From Bdellovibrionota bacterium FG-2 (GTDB lineage Bacteria; Bdellovibrionota; UBA1018), in NCBI GenBank assembly GCA_051382305.1, contig JBBCAV010000107.1, forward strand, positions 1-49,382: a DNA stretch of 49,382 nt. The letters are read 5' to 3'. Both the position numbers and the translations under genes were made by a program. The first letter of the stretch is position 1. The number at the start of each line of letters is the position of its first letter. The notes under the pieces are model-generated. The model was not told the DNA's origin, made no database searches, and was given only the letters and a program-made list of their open reading frames with translations. This document shows, one piece after another, positions 18,803 through 27,564 of this stretch.

Positions 18803-19815
18803 AGAAGTTGTTCCTCTGCCTTCTCCCTCTGGTCACGCTGATTCCGAGTGGCGCGGCTGCTTTTCCAAACGTGTGCACGGTGGTCAAAACGCCTGAGTTT
18901 AGATCGTGCCTGGATTTTAAGGTCGGAAGCTGCATGTGCGGGTTTCCGGTTCCCAGGCCTTGTGCACATTTTAGTTACTATGTGCCCGAAACGTTTGTTG
19001 AGGCGATGCCAAATCCGAAAGAAACGTATTTCTCCTCCTTGCCAGGGACGGCAACGCAGCTTTCGACGCTTACGGGAGGTAAAACCCCTTACGGCGCCGA
19101 AAGCGACGATGATACGCAGTCGTTTCATGCCCACGTTCTTCAAGTGCCGTTGACTACGATTCCGTTTTCATTGCTTCCGTGCAGTATCTCTCCGGTGGAT
19201 CTTACTTGCTTTGAGGGAATGAGCGAGCAGTTGGGGCAGCTATGGAATACTGGGAGTGCGGATCAGTGGCAACCTGGGTATCTGGCGTGGAGCCTTTCGC
19301 CTAAGGCGTGCATGCTCAAGGGTGCGGCCACTTCGATTACGGGGGAGCCTGATCCAAGTGCATATCCTGCTCCTCACGCTTGTAGTGTTCCAATGAGTTT
19401 TATGGCGAGATTTCCGCCATCGACCCATTCGGCATGCAACGGCTGGGGGACGTTTTATCCGCGCTACGGGAGTTACAATGGCTCTAGTCCCACGATTGGG
19501 GCACTGATGATTGCCTCACGGATGAAGAGCCTTGCGACCGAAGTGTTTCACGCGAATCCTTCTTATGTGGACGAAAAATGGCAGATGATTACTCCTCAAT
19601 CGTCTTCGTGTTTTAAGGAAGGGCAAAACATTGGAGCGCTAGAGACGATCAAGGGTGTTAGAGAGACGGGGCGGTTTGCCTCTGGAAAAATGAAGGGCTA
19701 CCTCTTTACGAATTGGCGCCAGGTGACTTGTTGCCGAGATTTGCCCTTGGTGCCGGAGGCGTATATTGCGATCGAAACTCTGAATTCGGTTTGCCAGGGG
19801 GCGGGTGATTTGTGA
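18799..19815 (+). CDS. traU: TraU-family periplasmic conjugation protein
   Basis: Signal peptide, Cys-rich, with GWGTFYPRYG, KWQMITPQSSSC and WRQVTCC. Confidence 0.75.
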   Translation: MKKLFLCLLPLVTLIPSGAAAFPNVCTVVKTPEFRSCLDFKVGSCMCGFPVPRPCAHFSYYVPETFVEAMPNPKETYFSSLPGTATQLSTLTGGKTPYGAESDDDTQSFHAHVLQVPLTTIPFSLLPCSISPVDLTCFEGMSEQLGQLWNTGSADQWQPGYLAWSLSPKACMLKGAATSITGEPDPSAYPAPHACSVPMSFMARFPPSTHSACNGWGTFYPRYGSYNGSSPTIGALMIASRMKSLATEVFHANPSYVDEKWQMITPQSSSCFKEGQNIGALETIKGVRETGRFASGKMKGYLFTNWRQVTCCRDLPLVPEAYIAIETLNSVCQGAGDL

Positions 19816-20909
19816 CCAGTAGTGCTTTTGAAGACTGTTTTCATGACATGATCGTCTCTGCGTGTAAAGCGGACGCAAGTGACATTCACATTGAGCCCAA
19901 GGCGGATGCGCTTAAGATCAGGTTTCGCATTGATGGGGATTTGGTGAGCTGGAAAAGTTTTCCAGCAGAGTTTCGAAGGGGGCTTATTTTTGAAATCAAG
20001 CGCAAGACACGGCTGTCAATCGGCGTAAGCCATCGCGATCTCGATGGCAGGGTGTCCCTGCCTGAGTACGGGGTTGATTTGAGATCAAGCTCCGCCCCAA
20101 CTTTGTTTGGAGAGAAGATTGTTCTTCGGATTTTGAGTCAGAAAAAGTCTTTTAGGCTGCTTGATCAGGGTTTTACCGAAAAGACGGCAGGACATTTGAA
20201 GGGCGCATTAGAGCACGAAAATGGGCTGATTCTGATATCGGGTGCGACGGGGAGTGGAAAAACTACAACCCTTTATTCACTCTTGCGTGAGGCCGACACG
20301 GAGAAGCTTAACATTGTGACGATCGAGGATCCGGTGGAATATCTTTTGGCTGGGATTACCCAGATAAATGTGACGCCTAAGTTCTCTTTTGCGCAGGTCC
20401 TGCGAGCAATTCTCCGCCAGGATCCCGACGTTATTTTAGTGGGGGAGGTGAGGGACGCGGAAACTGCGGATCTTTGTCTAAAAGCTGCGGCCACCGGCCA
20501 TCTCGTTATATCGACGATCCACGCCAACGGAGCGATTGAGGTGATTGGGCGGTTGTTGAATTTGGGGGTCGATGCGGACCTTGTAAAATCGTGTCTTAGG
20601 TTTTCAGGAGCGCAGCGGTTGGTGAGACGGCTTTGCCCTTTTTGCTCAAAGCCTTCGAATGCGCTCGGCGGCGGTCAAAGCAGGGTTCGAGCTCAGAATC
20701 TAGAGGGCTGCTCTAAATGCCTTGGAGGTACAAAGGGGCGGGTTCCGGTATTGGAGTATCTCACCTCGGATGAACTCGTGAAATACTTTGGTGAGGGGGG
20801 TGGTCTTGCGCGGCTTACTCAATCGTTTTCTGAGTCGTATCGGGATCATGTGGAAGCGGGAGTGGTTGCGACGGCTGACTCTCAAAAAATGGGTGGTCAG
20901 ACGTCCTGA
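19812..20909 (+). CDS. GspE/PilB-family secretion ATPase
   Basis: ASDIHIEP, RFRIDG, GATGSGKTTTLY, TIEDPVEY, LRQDPDVILVGEVRD, TGHLVISTIH, Zn-finger CPFC...CSKC. Confidence 0.92.
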   Translation: MTSSAFEDCFHDMIVSACKADASDIHIEPKADALKIRFRIDGDLVSWKSFPAEFRRGLIFEIKRKTRLSIGVSHRDLDGRVSLPEYGVDLRSSSAPTLFGEKIVLRILSQKKSFRLLDQGFTEKTAGHLKGALEHENGLILISGATGSGKTTTLYSLLREADTEKLNIVTIEDPVEYLLAGITQINVTPKFSFAQVLRAILRQDPDVILVGEVRDAETADLCLKAAATGHLVISTIHANGAIEVIGRLLNLGVDADLVKSCLRFSGAQRLVRRLCPFCSKPSNALGGGQSRVRAQNLEGCSKCLGGTKGRVPVLEYLTSDELVKYFGEGGGLARLTQSFSESYRDHVEAGVVATADSQKMGGQTS

Positions 20910-21094
20910 CACATTGAACGCAACTGGGCCATGCCCTTCAAGGCCAATTGTGACCCCGTCTATGTTTTGTCTGCCTTTTGTTTCATCGCCTTCCCCTCAG
21001 CATGAAGGCCCACAATATTCAAAACCTGCCTAGTAAGTTGCCAGTCGAAATTTAATTTTTTTCCAAACCTCAAACCAACATCGGAGACAAACTC

Positions 21095-21892
21095 ATGATC
21101 GGAATTGTTCTTTTCCTCATCGCTTATTCCGCGCGTGTTGCCAAAGCGGCGACGGACTTCAATTATTTTAGCGGCGCAATCGACTACTGGAATGAGCCGG
21201 TGAAACCCATCCGTCCTCAAACCTCCACGCCGGTTTCACGAACAATCGCGACGCCCACCTCGGTGCCTGAGACAAAACCCGACACCAAAGAAGAACCCTT
21301 CTCTTGGTCCAAGCACCTCGACCCCAAAAACAAGGAGTTTTTCAAAGAGGGGGATTACACACCGCCCGAACCCTTCTTAGAAGTCATTCGTAACCCTAAT
21401 GACGAAAACATCAAAAACTGGTTTGCTTACATCGACAAGAAAAATGAACTGGCCAGACGTCTTCAGGAACGCTTCAAAGAGTACCTGGGAAAAAAATCCG
21501 GAATTCCCCCCGAAAGAAAAGCTGAGATCACCGCGACGATCCAAGCAAAGATTGAAAAAGTTTCCAACGTCAATCCCGAGGCCAAACGCTATCGGTTCAG
21601 ACTCTACTTTGACTCTCATTGCCCCCATTGCCAACACATGCTTCAGACGATGACTGAACTCCAGCGCAGAGGGTTTTATGTCGATGCTAGACAAATCGAT
21701 ACGGACACGAAGGGGCTTGAAGGCTTAACTTTTCCGGTGGAGCGCGCGAAGGGCTACGAACTCACGGAAAAGAATATTAAAAGTGTCCCATACCTTTTGG
21801 TAGGCGATTTAAAACGACGGCTAATCATCCCAGTTGCTGGCTATGAGTCAGTGGATGGGGTGTTACAGAAACTTTCTACCGAAAAAGAGTAA
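21095..21892 (+). CDS. exported thioredoxin-fold protein (TraF/TrbB-like)
   Basis: Signal peptide, LYFDSHCPHC and a cis-Pro-like SVPYL, in T4SS context. Confidence 0.65.
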   Translation: MIGIVLFLIAYSARVAKAATDFNYFSGAIDYWNEPVKPIRPQTSTPVSRTIATPTSVPETKPDTKEEPFSWSKHLDPKNKEFFKEGDYTPPEPFLEVIRNPNDENIKNWFAYIDKKNELARRLQERFKEYLGKKSGIPPERKAEITATIQAKIEKVSNVNPEAKRYRFRLYFDSHCPHCQHMLQTMTELQRRGFYVDARQIDTDTKGLEGLTFPVERAKGYELTEKNIKSVPYLLVGDLKRRLIIPVAGYESVDGVLQKLSTEKE

Positions 21893-22012
21893 TCGAAAAA
21901 ATACAGTTCTTTTCTATCGCCTACGGACACTCATCCGCGGCGCTCCCTTAACAACAAACACAAAGCCCTCCACCGCCACAGGCGAGAGCTTTCAAATACA
22001 AAGGACTAATTT

Positions 22013-22555
22013 ATGATTGATGATAACCTTATTCTACAAGCGCCCATGCCTCTTGATGATCATGCCGGGATCATTGTTCGCCCAGGTGGCCCGCGCCGCC
22101 CCGACAAAACCGAAGTGATATTGCTTGTGGTGTTTTTTCTTATCACCACGGTTATCCTCATGATCGCAGGCTCCCTAGGCGATCAGGCCGCATTAGCTGC
22201 GACATTGCCCGATACAGGGGGACCCGATGCGGCTGAAAAGCTGCAAGCCGCTTCGACACTCCTTCATATAGCGGATCTGAGCATTTTTCAGTGGGGGGCG
22301 CGAGTCTTCTCTGGTCTTTGCATCATGTCCTCGGCGTGGGCACTAAAGGAGCAGCGCTTCGGAATGGCTGGTCTCTCGCTTGCCGGAGCCATTCTCTTTG
22401 GTACGGCTCCTAAGTGGGTCAAAAACATCTTCGAAATCAGTGGCGAGCAAGGGCTTTTTACTCAACTCGAACTGCGCAATTACGACTACAGAACAGAAGT
22501 CACGAAAGCCTTTGGTTCATCAGTGGTGGCGGCATGCACGACTATCAAAGTCTAA
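22013..22555 (+). CDS. pilin-like (TraA/VirB2-like) membrane protein
   Basis: Leader plus two hydrophobic segments, located directly upstream of traL-traE-traK-traB. Confidence 0.45.
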   Translation: MIDDNLILQAPMPLDDHAGIIVRPGGPRRPDKTEVILLVVFFLITTVILMIAGSLGDQAALAATLPDTGGPDAAEKLQAASTLLHIADLSIFQWGARVFSGLCIMSSAWALKEQRFGMAGLSLAGAILFGTAPKWVKNIFEISGEQGLFTQLELRNYDYRTEVTKAFGSSVVAACTTIKV

Positions 22556-22857
22556 AGCGTCACCACGGGAACCGCGTGAGTCAGACTATTGATTCCCCAA
22601 TCATGATCTTTGATTTCTGGGAGTTGTCTGACGCCTTCGGCGCTCTCTTCATTGTGCTGATCTTTGGGGTGCTTTTTTACTCGTGGGGCACAATGTTTGT
22701 CTTGCTCCTGCTTACGATGTGTCTTGTGCCCATTATTAGAAAGCAATCCCCACGAGGAATCTTCTTCCACTGGCCGTTCCGATTCCTGGGCGTCAAGCTT
22801 CCTGGCCTCCTAAACCCTAAAGCGTACTTCGGAGCACCCGTCAAATACTCCGATTAA
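22534..22857 (+). CDS. traL: TraL-like protein
   Basis: VSQTIDSPIMIFDFWELSD, two TM segments and PRGIFFHW, in the canonical position. Confidence 0.6.
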   Translation: MHDYQSLKRHHGNRVSQTIDSPIMIFDFWELSDAFGALFIVLIFGVLFYSWGTMFVLLLLTMCLVPIIRKQSPRGIFFHWPFRFLGVKLPGLLNPKAYFGAPVKYSD

Positions 22858-22935
22858 CCCAAAATTAGAAAGGAACTGAAAAATGTCTGTAAACCAAACG
22901 TCTGTAAAACAAACCAATAACGAAAGGAACCAAGA

Positions 22936-23202
22936 ATGGAAAAATCAAACTATGAACGAAAATCAAATCTCAAACCCACCCAACAAGAAGGAGAAAGGAA
23001 ATTTGGTAAGCGCGAGCCCATCCGAGAATTCAAAGCCCAACTCTCTGAAGACGGAAGATACTGGATCTTCCGAGATGTTACGACGTGGCTTATCCCCGTT
23101 AATTATCTTTTGGCTATCACGAAGAGCAAGGCTGATCGCGAGCTTGAGCCAGTTGATGGCGAAAGTGAAACGGATCGGGATGGCGATGATCGGACCTCTT
23201 GA
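22936..23202 (+). CDS. hypothetical cytoplasmic protein
   Basis: Own GAAAGGA RBS and protein-like composition. Overlaps an unlikely N-terminal extension of the traE frame. Confidence 0.5.
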   Translation: MEKSNYERKSNLKPTQQEGERKFGKREPIREFKAQLSEDGRYWIFRDVTTWLIPVNYLLAITKSKADRELEPVDGESETDRDGDDRTS

Positions 23203-23899
23203 AAAAGGAATGGAGCAAGCCAAGGTCGTGACTCCCCCTCGGGGGACTTACGAGGGCGTGGATCTGAGAGTGCTGCCCAAATACATTGCGTTTAGGGCGG
23301 CACTCTTAAGAACGCAGCTCTCGCAGCAGTACATGATCTTGGTCTTAGCCACACTGCTTATTGGCTACTTTGCGCTTAGTCGTCAGGAAGTTTACCGACT
23401 GAATGAACGGCTCAGGCTCAAAGAGTACATCCTAGCTCCTGGGGTCGCCGATTTTACGCCGGCGGCCCCTCAGTCGGTCTCGGAGCATTATGTTGAGCAG
23501 GCGGTGTCGGACTTTGTGAGCCAATTGGGAAACGTCACTCCTGGAAGTATCGATGATCAGTATCTGGTGCTCTCGGGTTCGATGAGTCGTGAGCTTCGTG
23601 TCAAGTTTTTGGCCGAGGCAGGGGAGTGGAAATCTAAAGTCAAAGCGGATCGAATTTCTGAGCTCCTGACGATTACGGACAAATCTATCCAGTCTTCAGG
23701 GGATGGATCTTACCGAGCCGTCATTCACGCCAAGCGCGATCGGTATTTGGATAACCAATACGTAGGGCAGTCAAGCGAAGTGATCGAGATGGAGCTAAGG
23801 CTTGTACCACCGCAAAACGCAAAGCGCTGGTACTTAGAAATCCAATCTCTTTCTCGACAATCGCCTGAAGCTTTTCGCTCTAAAAAGGAGGTCAAATGA
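23180..23899 (+). CDS. traE: TraE-like protein (start uncertain, 23180 or 23210)
   Basis: Single TM followed by VSEHYVEQ...LGNVTPGSIDDQ, positioned between traL and traK. Confidence 0.65.
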   Translation: MAMIGPLEKGMEQAKVVTPPRGTYEGVDLRVLPKYIAFRAALLRTQLSQQYMILVLATLLIGYFALSRQEVYRLNERLRLKEYILAPGVADFTPAAPQSVSEHYVEQAVSDFVSQLGNVTPGSIDDQYLVLSGSMSRELRVKFLAEAGEWKSKVKADRISELLTITDKSIQSSGDGSYRAVIHAKRDRYLDNQYVGQSSEVIEMELRLVPPQNAKRWYLEIQSLSRQSPEAFRSKKEVK

Positions 23900-24699
23900 A
23901 TTTCTATCAGTCAGCGGTGTTTGTCTTGGTCATGGGTCTTTGCCTTCAGCACAAGGCGATTGCAAAGACCATTTACTATGGCAGCGAAACGGAGGTCGTA
24001 AGCTTAGTTGCGGGGGGGCCGACTTTGTTTCGGTTCCCGTCCGAGGTTAAGACTATTTCGCAATCAAAGCGATTTACGATTGCACCTGCAACTCACGATC
24101 AACCCAATTACGCGCTTTTGTCAGTCCAGCCTAGGGTTGGTTCGGGTGGCTCAAGTGTCGTGACTTTCATCTTGAGCGACGGGACCATTATCAAAGTGAA
24201 GCTCGTGGTCGTGTCGGCTGCGATTCCCGAGAAGACGGATTCGGTCTACGAATTTAAGTCTAAAGAGTCGCTGCTTCCACAATCGGGGGCAGGGAGTCCC
24301 GGATCGGGCGTTTCGGAACTTGAGCTGATGAAGGCGATGCTTCGTGGAGATGAGGTTGCGGGCTATGAGGTGAGAAATCTCACTCGAACTCTCATCCCAG
24401 GATTTAAGGGAGTGACGACGAAACTTCTTCGAGTCTACACGGGCAATCAATTTAATGGCTATATCTTCGAGTTGCACAACAAGACACGAGATCAAAGTCT
24501 ATACATCAATACGCAAAATCTCATGCTTGGCGATCCTAATCTTGCGATTCTTTCTTCAGTGGATCAAGCGGTGATTGAGCCTAAGGGTGAAACGTACTTG
24601 AGGATAGTTGCCAAGCCGACTTCTTCTTACAACCAACTGATTTTACCTGTTGAAACTATCACCGTTCGCGGCGGGGTTTCAGAAAGTGAGCGGAGGTAA
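23896..24699 (+). CDS. traK: TraK-like outer core protein
   Basis: Signal peptide, beta-rich N-domain, ELMKAMLRG...YTG...FELHN C-domain. Confidence 0.65.
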   Translation: MNFYQSAVFVLVMGLCLQHKAIAKTIYYGSETEVVSLVAGGPTLFRFPSEVKTISQSKRFTIAPATHDQPNYALLSVQPRVGSGGSSVVTFILSDGTIIKVKLVVVSAAIPEKTDSVYEFKSKESLLPQSGAGSPGSGVSELELMKAMLRGDEVAGYEVRNLTRTLIPGFKGVTTKLLRVYTGNQFNGYIFELHNKTRDQSLYINTQNLMLGDPNLAILSSVDQAVIEPKGETYLRIVAKPTSSYNQLILPVETITVRGGVSESERR

Positions 24700-24704
24700 T
24701 CGCG

Positions 24705-26015
24705 ATGCCCAATATGCAAAGACTTAAACGGAATCTCAGTGCTCTATTGGCTACTCATCGTGACAAGGCTCCCTATGTTATTGGTGCGGCGTTGATCTTT
24801 TGCCTCTACGTGGTGAGCAAGGGGCGTGAAGTCGTTCACGAGATCTACCACAGTGAGAAGAAAGTCGAATTCAAAGACTCGAGGATTTTAGGAGGTCAGA
24901 TGGACTCTCTTGCTGAAGGAAAAGAGCGACTTTTTATGAAAACCATCCGTGACATCCAGACCTCGCAAGCGGAGCTCAGAGAAAGTATCGATAAAATGAA
25001 AACCGAGATTGAAAACGTGAAATCTCCGAAGCCGGGGGAGTCCACGGATCAAGGTCCTTATCCAGTTTTCCCGGTTTCAGGACCAAGCAGTGCATCGCCA
25101 CTACCAATTGCCACGGGTTCAGCAATTCCGGTGACAACTGGTTCGGGGCAGCCTGAGACTACGAAGCCGGAAGGGGAGCCAGTTAAGTTTCATTCTGGAG
25201 AGAATCTACCTGTCGGTGGACCACCGAAGCGAGGACGAAGCGTTATGGGGCTTCTTGGCAATGGTGGGGGAAATGGGAGTGAAGGCTCTCTCATTATTTC
25301 TTTTCCGGTTAAGGACAACTCTATTGAAAAGATTGAGGGGGTTGTTCTGCCTGCCGGAAGTTACGTTAAGGCCAAGCTCATGACGGGGATTGAAGCGCCG
25401 GAGGGCAAGACGTATCCCGTTCTTCTTCAGCTTGATTACGCCTATATTGCGCCAAACAAACACCGGATCGATCTTGCGGGCTGTTTTATGATCACCAAGT
25501 CCGAAGGCGATCTCTCAACGGAGCGAGTTCAAATGCAGGCGACAAAACTTTCGTGCGTGTCAAAAGACGGCAAAATGTTTGAGCGAGATGTTAATGGCTT
25601 TGTGGCCGACGATCAGGACAATAGTTTTGCGGTGATAGGCTCGGTCAACTCAAAGCAAGATCGCGTTGCTGCGATGGCGTTTCTCTCTTCAATCGTGGAG
25701 GGGGTGGGCAAGGCCGTTCAGCAGGCACAAACAAGCCAACAGACCAATGCGTTGGGCGCTGCCCAAACGATGGTGACCGGTGATCAAGCAAAATATCTTG
25801 CGGCAGGTGGCGCAAGTGGCGCGGCTTCGTTGGTTGCGCAGTGGTATCTCAAACAGGCCGAACATTTGTTGCCGACCATCAACGTGGGGTCGGGCCGTGA
25901 TGTTTGGGTGGTGATGAAGGATAGCGTCAGGCTACCGACAGACTATTTTCGCAACGGAGATACTTTGGGCGCTGGGGCGCCTGGGCAGTTCTTGTTTACG
26001 AGAGTGTTGGAGTGA
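24705..26015 (+). CDS. traB: TraB/VirB10-like protein
   Basis: TM, coiled coil, Pro-rich linker, LPAGSYVKAKLMTGIEAP, GCF...GDLSTERV...LSCV. Confidence 0.88.
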   Translation: MPNMQRLKRNLSALLATHRDKAPYVIGAALIFCLYVVSKGREVVHEIYHSEKKVEFKDSRILGGQMDSLAEGKERLFMKTIRDIQTSQAELRESIDKMKTEIENVKSPKPGESTDQGPYPVFPVSGPSSASPLPIATGSAIPVTTGSGQPETTKPEGEPVKFHSGENLPVGGPPKRGRSVMGLLGNGGGNGSEGSLIISFPVKDNSIEKIEGVVLPAGSYVKAKLMTGIEAPEGKTYPVLLQLDYAYIAPNKHRIDLAGCFMITKSEGDLSTERVQMQATKLSCVSKDGKMFERDVNGFVADDQDNSFAVIGSVNSKQDRVAAMAFLSSIVEGVGKAVQQAQTSQQTNALGAAQTMVTGDQAKYLAAGGASGAASLVAQWYLKQAEHLLPTINVGSGRDVWVVMKDSVRLPTDYFRNGDTLGAGAPGQFLFTRVLE

Positions 26016-26057
26016 GGCGGATCACTTTGATGGCCGTCAAAAGCGTGATAGGGAAGT

Positions 26058-27023
26058 TTACTGGGATGCCGATTTGCAGGGGCCAAAACAGGGGACAAAG
26101 GTGATCTCCGGAATTGATTCTGGTTCGACAAGTTGACTGGACACAATTTGATTCGGGGAAACATAATACAATAGAAACGATTCGACTTTCCGACTAGGAA
26201 ACGGAAGAATTATTCTCTTTCCCCCTTGTACCACATGAAGGTCAGTCGAAGCGCGGCTGTAAGGATATTTCATCACCTCGCTGTGGAAGGATTGGTAAAT
26301 GATATCGAGCTCTGGAACTTTTAGAGTAAAGAGGTACACTTTTTTGCCAGGGCTGGCATAACGAGAAGCTACTGCATTGGCCACATCCGGATAATCAGTA
26401 ACGGACATAAGCGGATCTAGCCAGTTCCCACCAACTTTAGTAACTCTAAGGTCCATTTCTTGGTTCAAGCTCTTCTCAAAGTAATTTGCCTGGAGTGTTT
26501 TCAAATGAGCGAGCTTGGAACCGATGCCAACTCTCTGAATGGTTTCGAACTCTTCGGGAGTCAAAGCAAGAGCACGGTAAAGCGTAGTTTCGCCCAGGAA
26601 TTGTTTGAATTTATCGCGCACGTGCCATGGATCTTCTTTAAGCAGGTTGTTTGTTTTAACGAAGGCCTCAAACTCATCCAATCGAATGGTCAATCCAGGA
26701 TCTACGATAAGCTTCCCAAAACCGGGACTAAGGGCCCTTAAGCGCTGAAGAACGTTAAGACCACCGCGCCCATATCTAGTAGAGGCAAATTGATCAAGGC
26801 TCGGTTGTAGCTGCGCAATCTTCTTCAGGAGAATGACTTTGGCATCAGCAGTCACAAATTTATCAGGTGAATGCTCATTGAGGTTCAATAAGTATTTGAG
26901 CTGTTTCGCCAGACAAGTGGTCGATTGTTCACGCGATTTAGCTGGTGCGTTGGCAGCGATTGCTGCCGTTAAGACAAAGCAAAGAATTAGAGCTCGTGCT
27001 AGGTCACGAGTTTTTTGTGCCAC
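26058..27023 (-). CDS. secreted protein with an ADP-ribosyltransferase-like (R-S-E) C-terminal domain
   Basis: Signal-like VAQKTRDLARALILCFVLTAAIAANAPA from GTG 27023. Motifs TLYRAL, LMSVTDYPDVA, VYLFTLKVP, KVESFL...VSPNQIV. Confidence 0.55.
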   Translation of the reverse strand: MAQKTRDLARALILCFVLTAAIAANAPAKSREQSTTCLAKQLKYLLNLNEHSPDKFVTADAKVILLKKIAQLQPSLDQFASTRYGRGGLNVLQRLRALSPGFGKLIVDPGLTIRLDEFEAFVKTNNLLKEDPWHVRDKFKQFLGETTLYRALALTPEEFETIQRVGIGSKLAHLKTLQANYFEKSLNQEMDLRVTKVGGNWLDPLMSVTDYPDVANAVASRYASPGKKVYLFTLKVPELDIIYQSFHSEVMKYPYSRASTDLHVVQGGKRIILPFPSRKVESFLLYYVSPNQIVSSQLVEPESIPEITFVPCFGPCKSASQ

Positions 27024-27123
27024 ATAGGCTTTTCGGGAAACGGCTAAGCTAAGTTTACCAGTATTTAGCGTCAAAAAACTAACGCCCTTAACTAACAATA
27101 AAACCATAAACCAAGGAGAACCT

Positions 27124-27564
27124 ATGTCTAAAAATATGTTTATTATCGGCACATTCGCCTTATTTTCAATTTCCGCCTGCACCAACCGGGCGCCCAGTCT
27201 TCGTATGCTCGATAGCCGCGCAGAATACGAGGGGGCCGCAGAAGTGCAAATCCCTTCTATGCGCGAAGCGGGAATCGGTGACTTCAAAAACTCCCCGGTC
27301 CCGATCCGAACAAAACCCAAGGTCGCAGCGGTCTGGGTTCATCCTCATGAGACCGCTAGCCGCGATTACTTCTGGGGTGGTTGGATGTCGATCCTTGTGG
27401 AACCTGACCAGTGGATGTTGACCAAGCCCAAAACCATGCCGGAGGCGCCTGCGATTCTGAATACAAAAACGGGTAAGCCTCCCCATCCCCCGACGCTAGA
27501 TGAGGAGCCCATGTTGCCGCGCTCGACTCGAGCTAAAGAGCGTAGTGGACGGGGGTTGAAATGA
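27124..27564 (+). CDS. traV: TraV-like lipoprotein
   Basis: Lipobox ISAC, PIRTKPKVAAVWVHP and VEPDQW. AAGGAG RBS. Confidence 0.75.
   Translation: MSKNMFIIGTFALFSISACTNRAPSLRMLDSRAEYEGAAEVQIPSMREAGIGDFKNSPVPIRTKPKVAAVWVHPHETASRDYFWGGWMSILVEPDQWMLTKPKTMPEAPAILNTKTGKPPHPPTLDEEPMLPRSTRAKERSGRGLK

Noticed and set aside
27024-27320. N-terminal extension of the 420-aa ORF 26058-27320
   Set aside because: It overlaps traV antisense and the traV leader. A signal-peptide-like start at GTG 27023 is more plausible.
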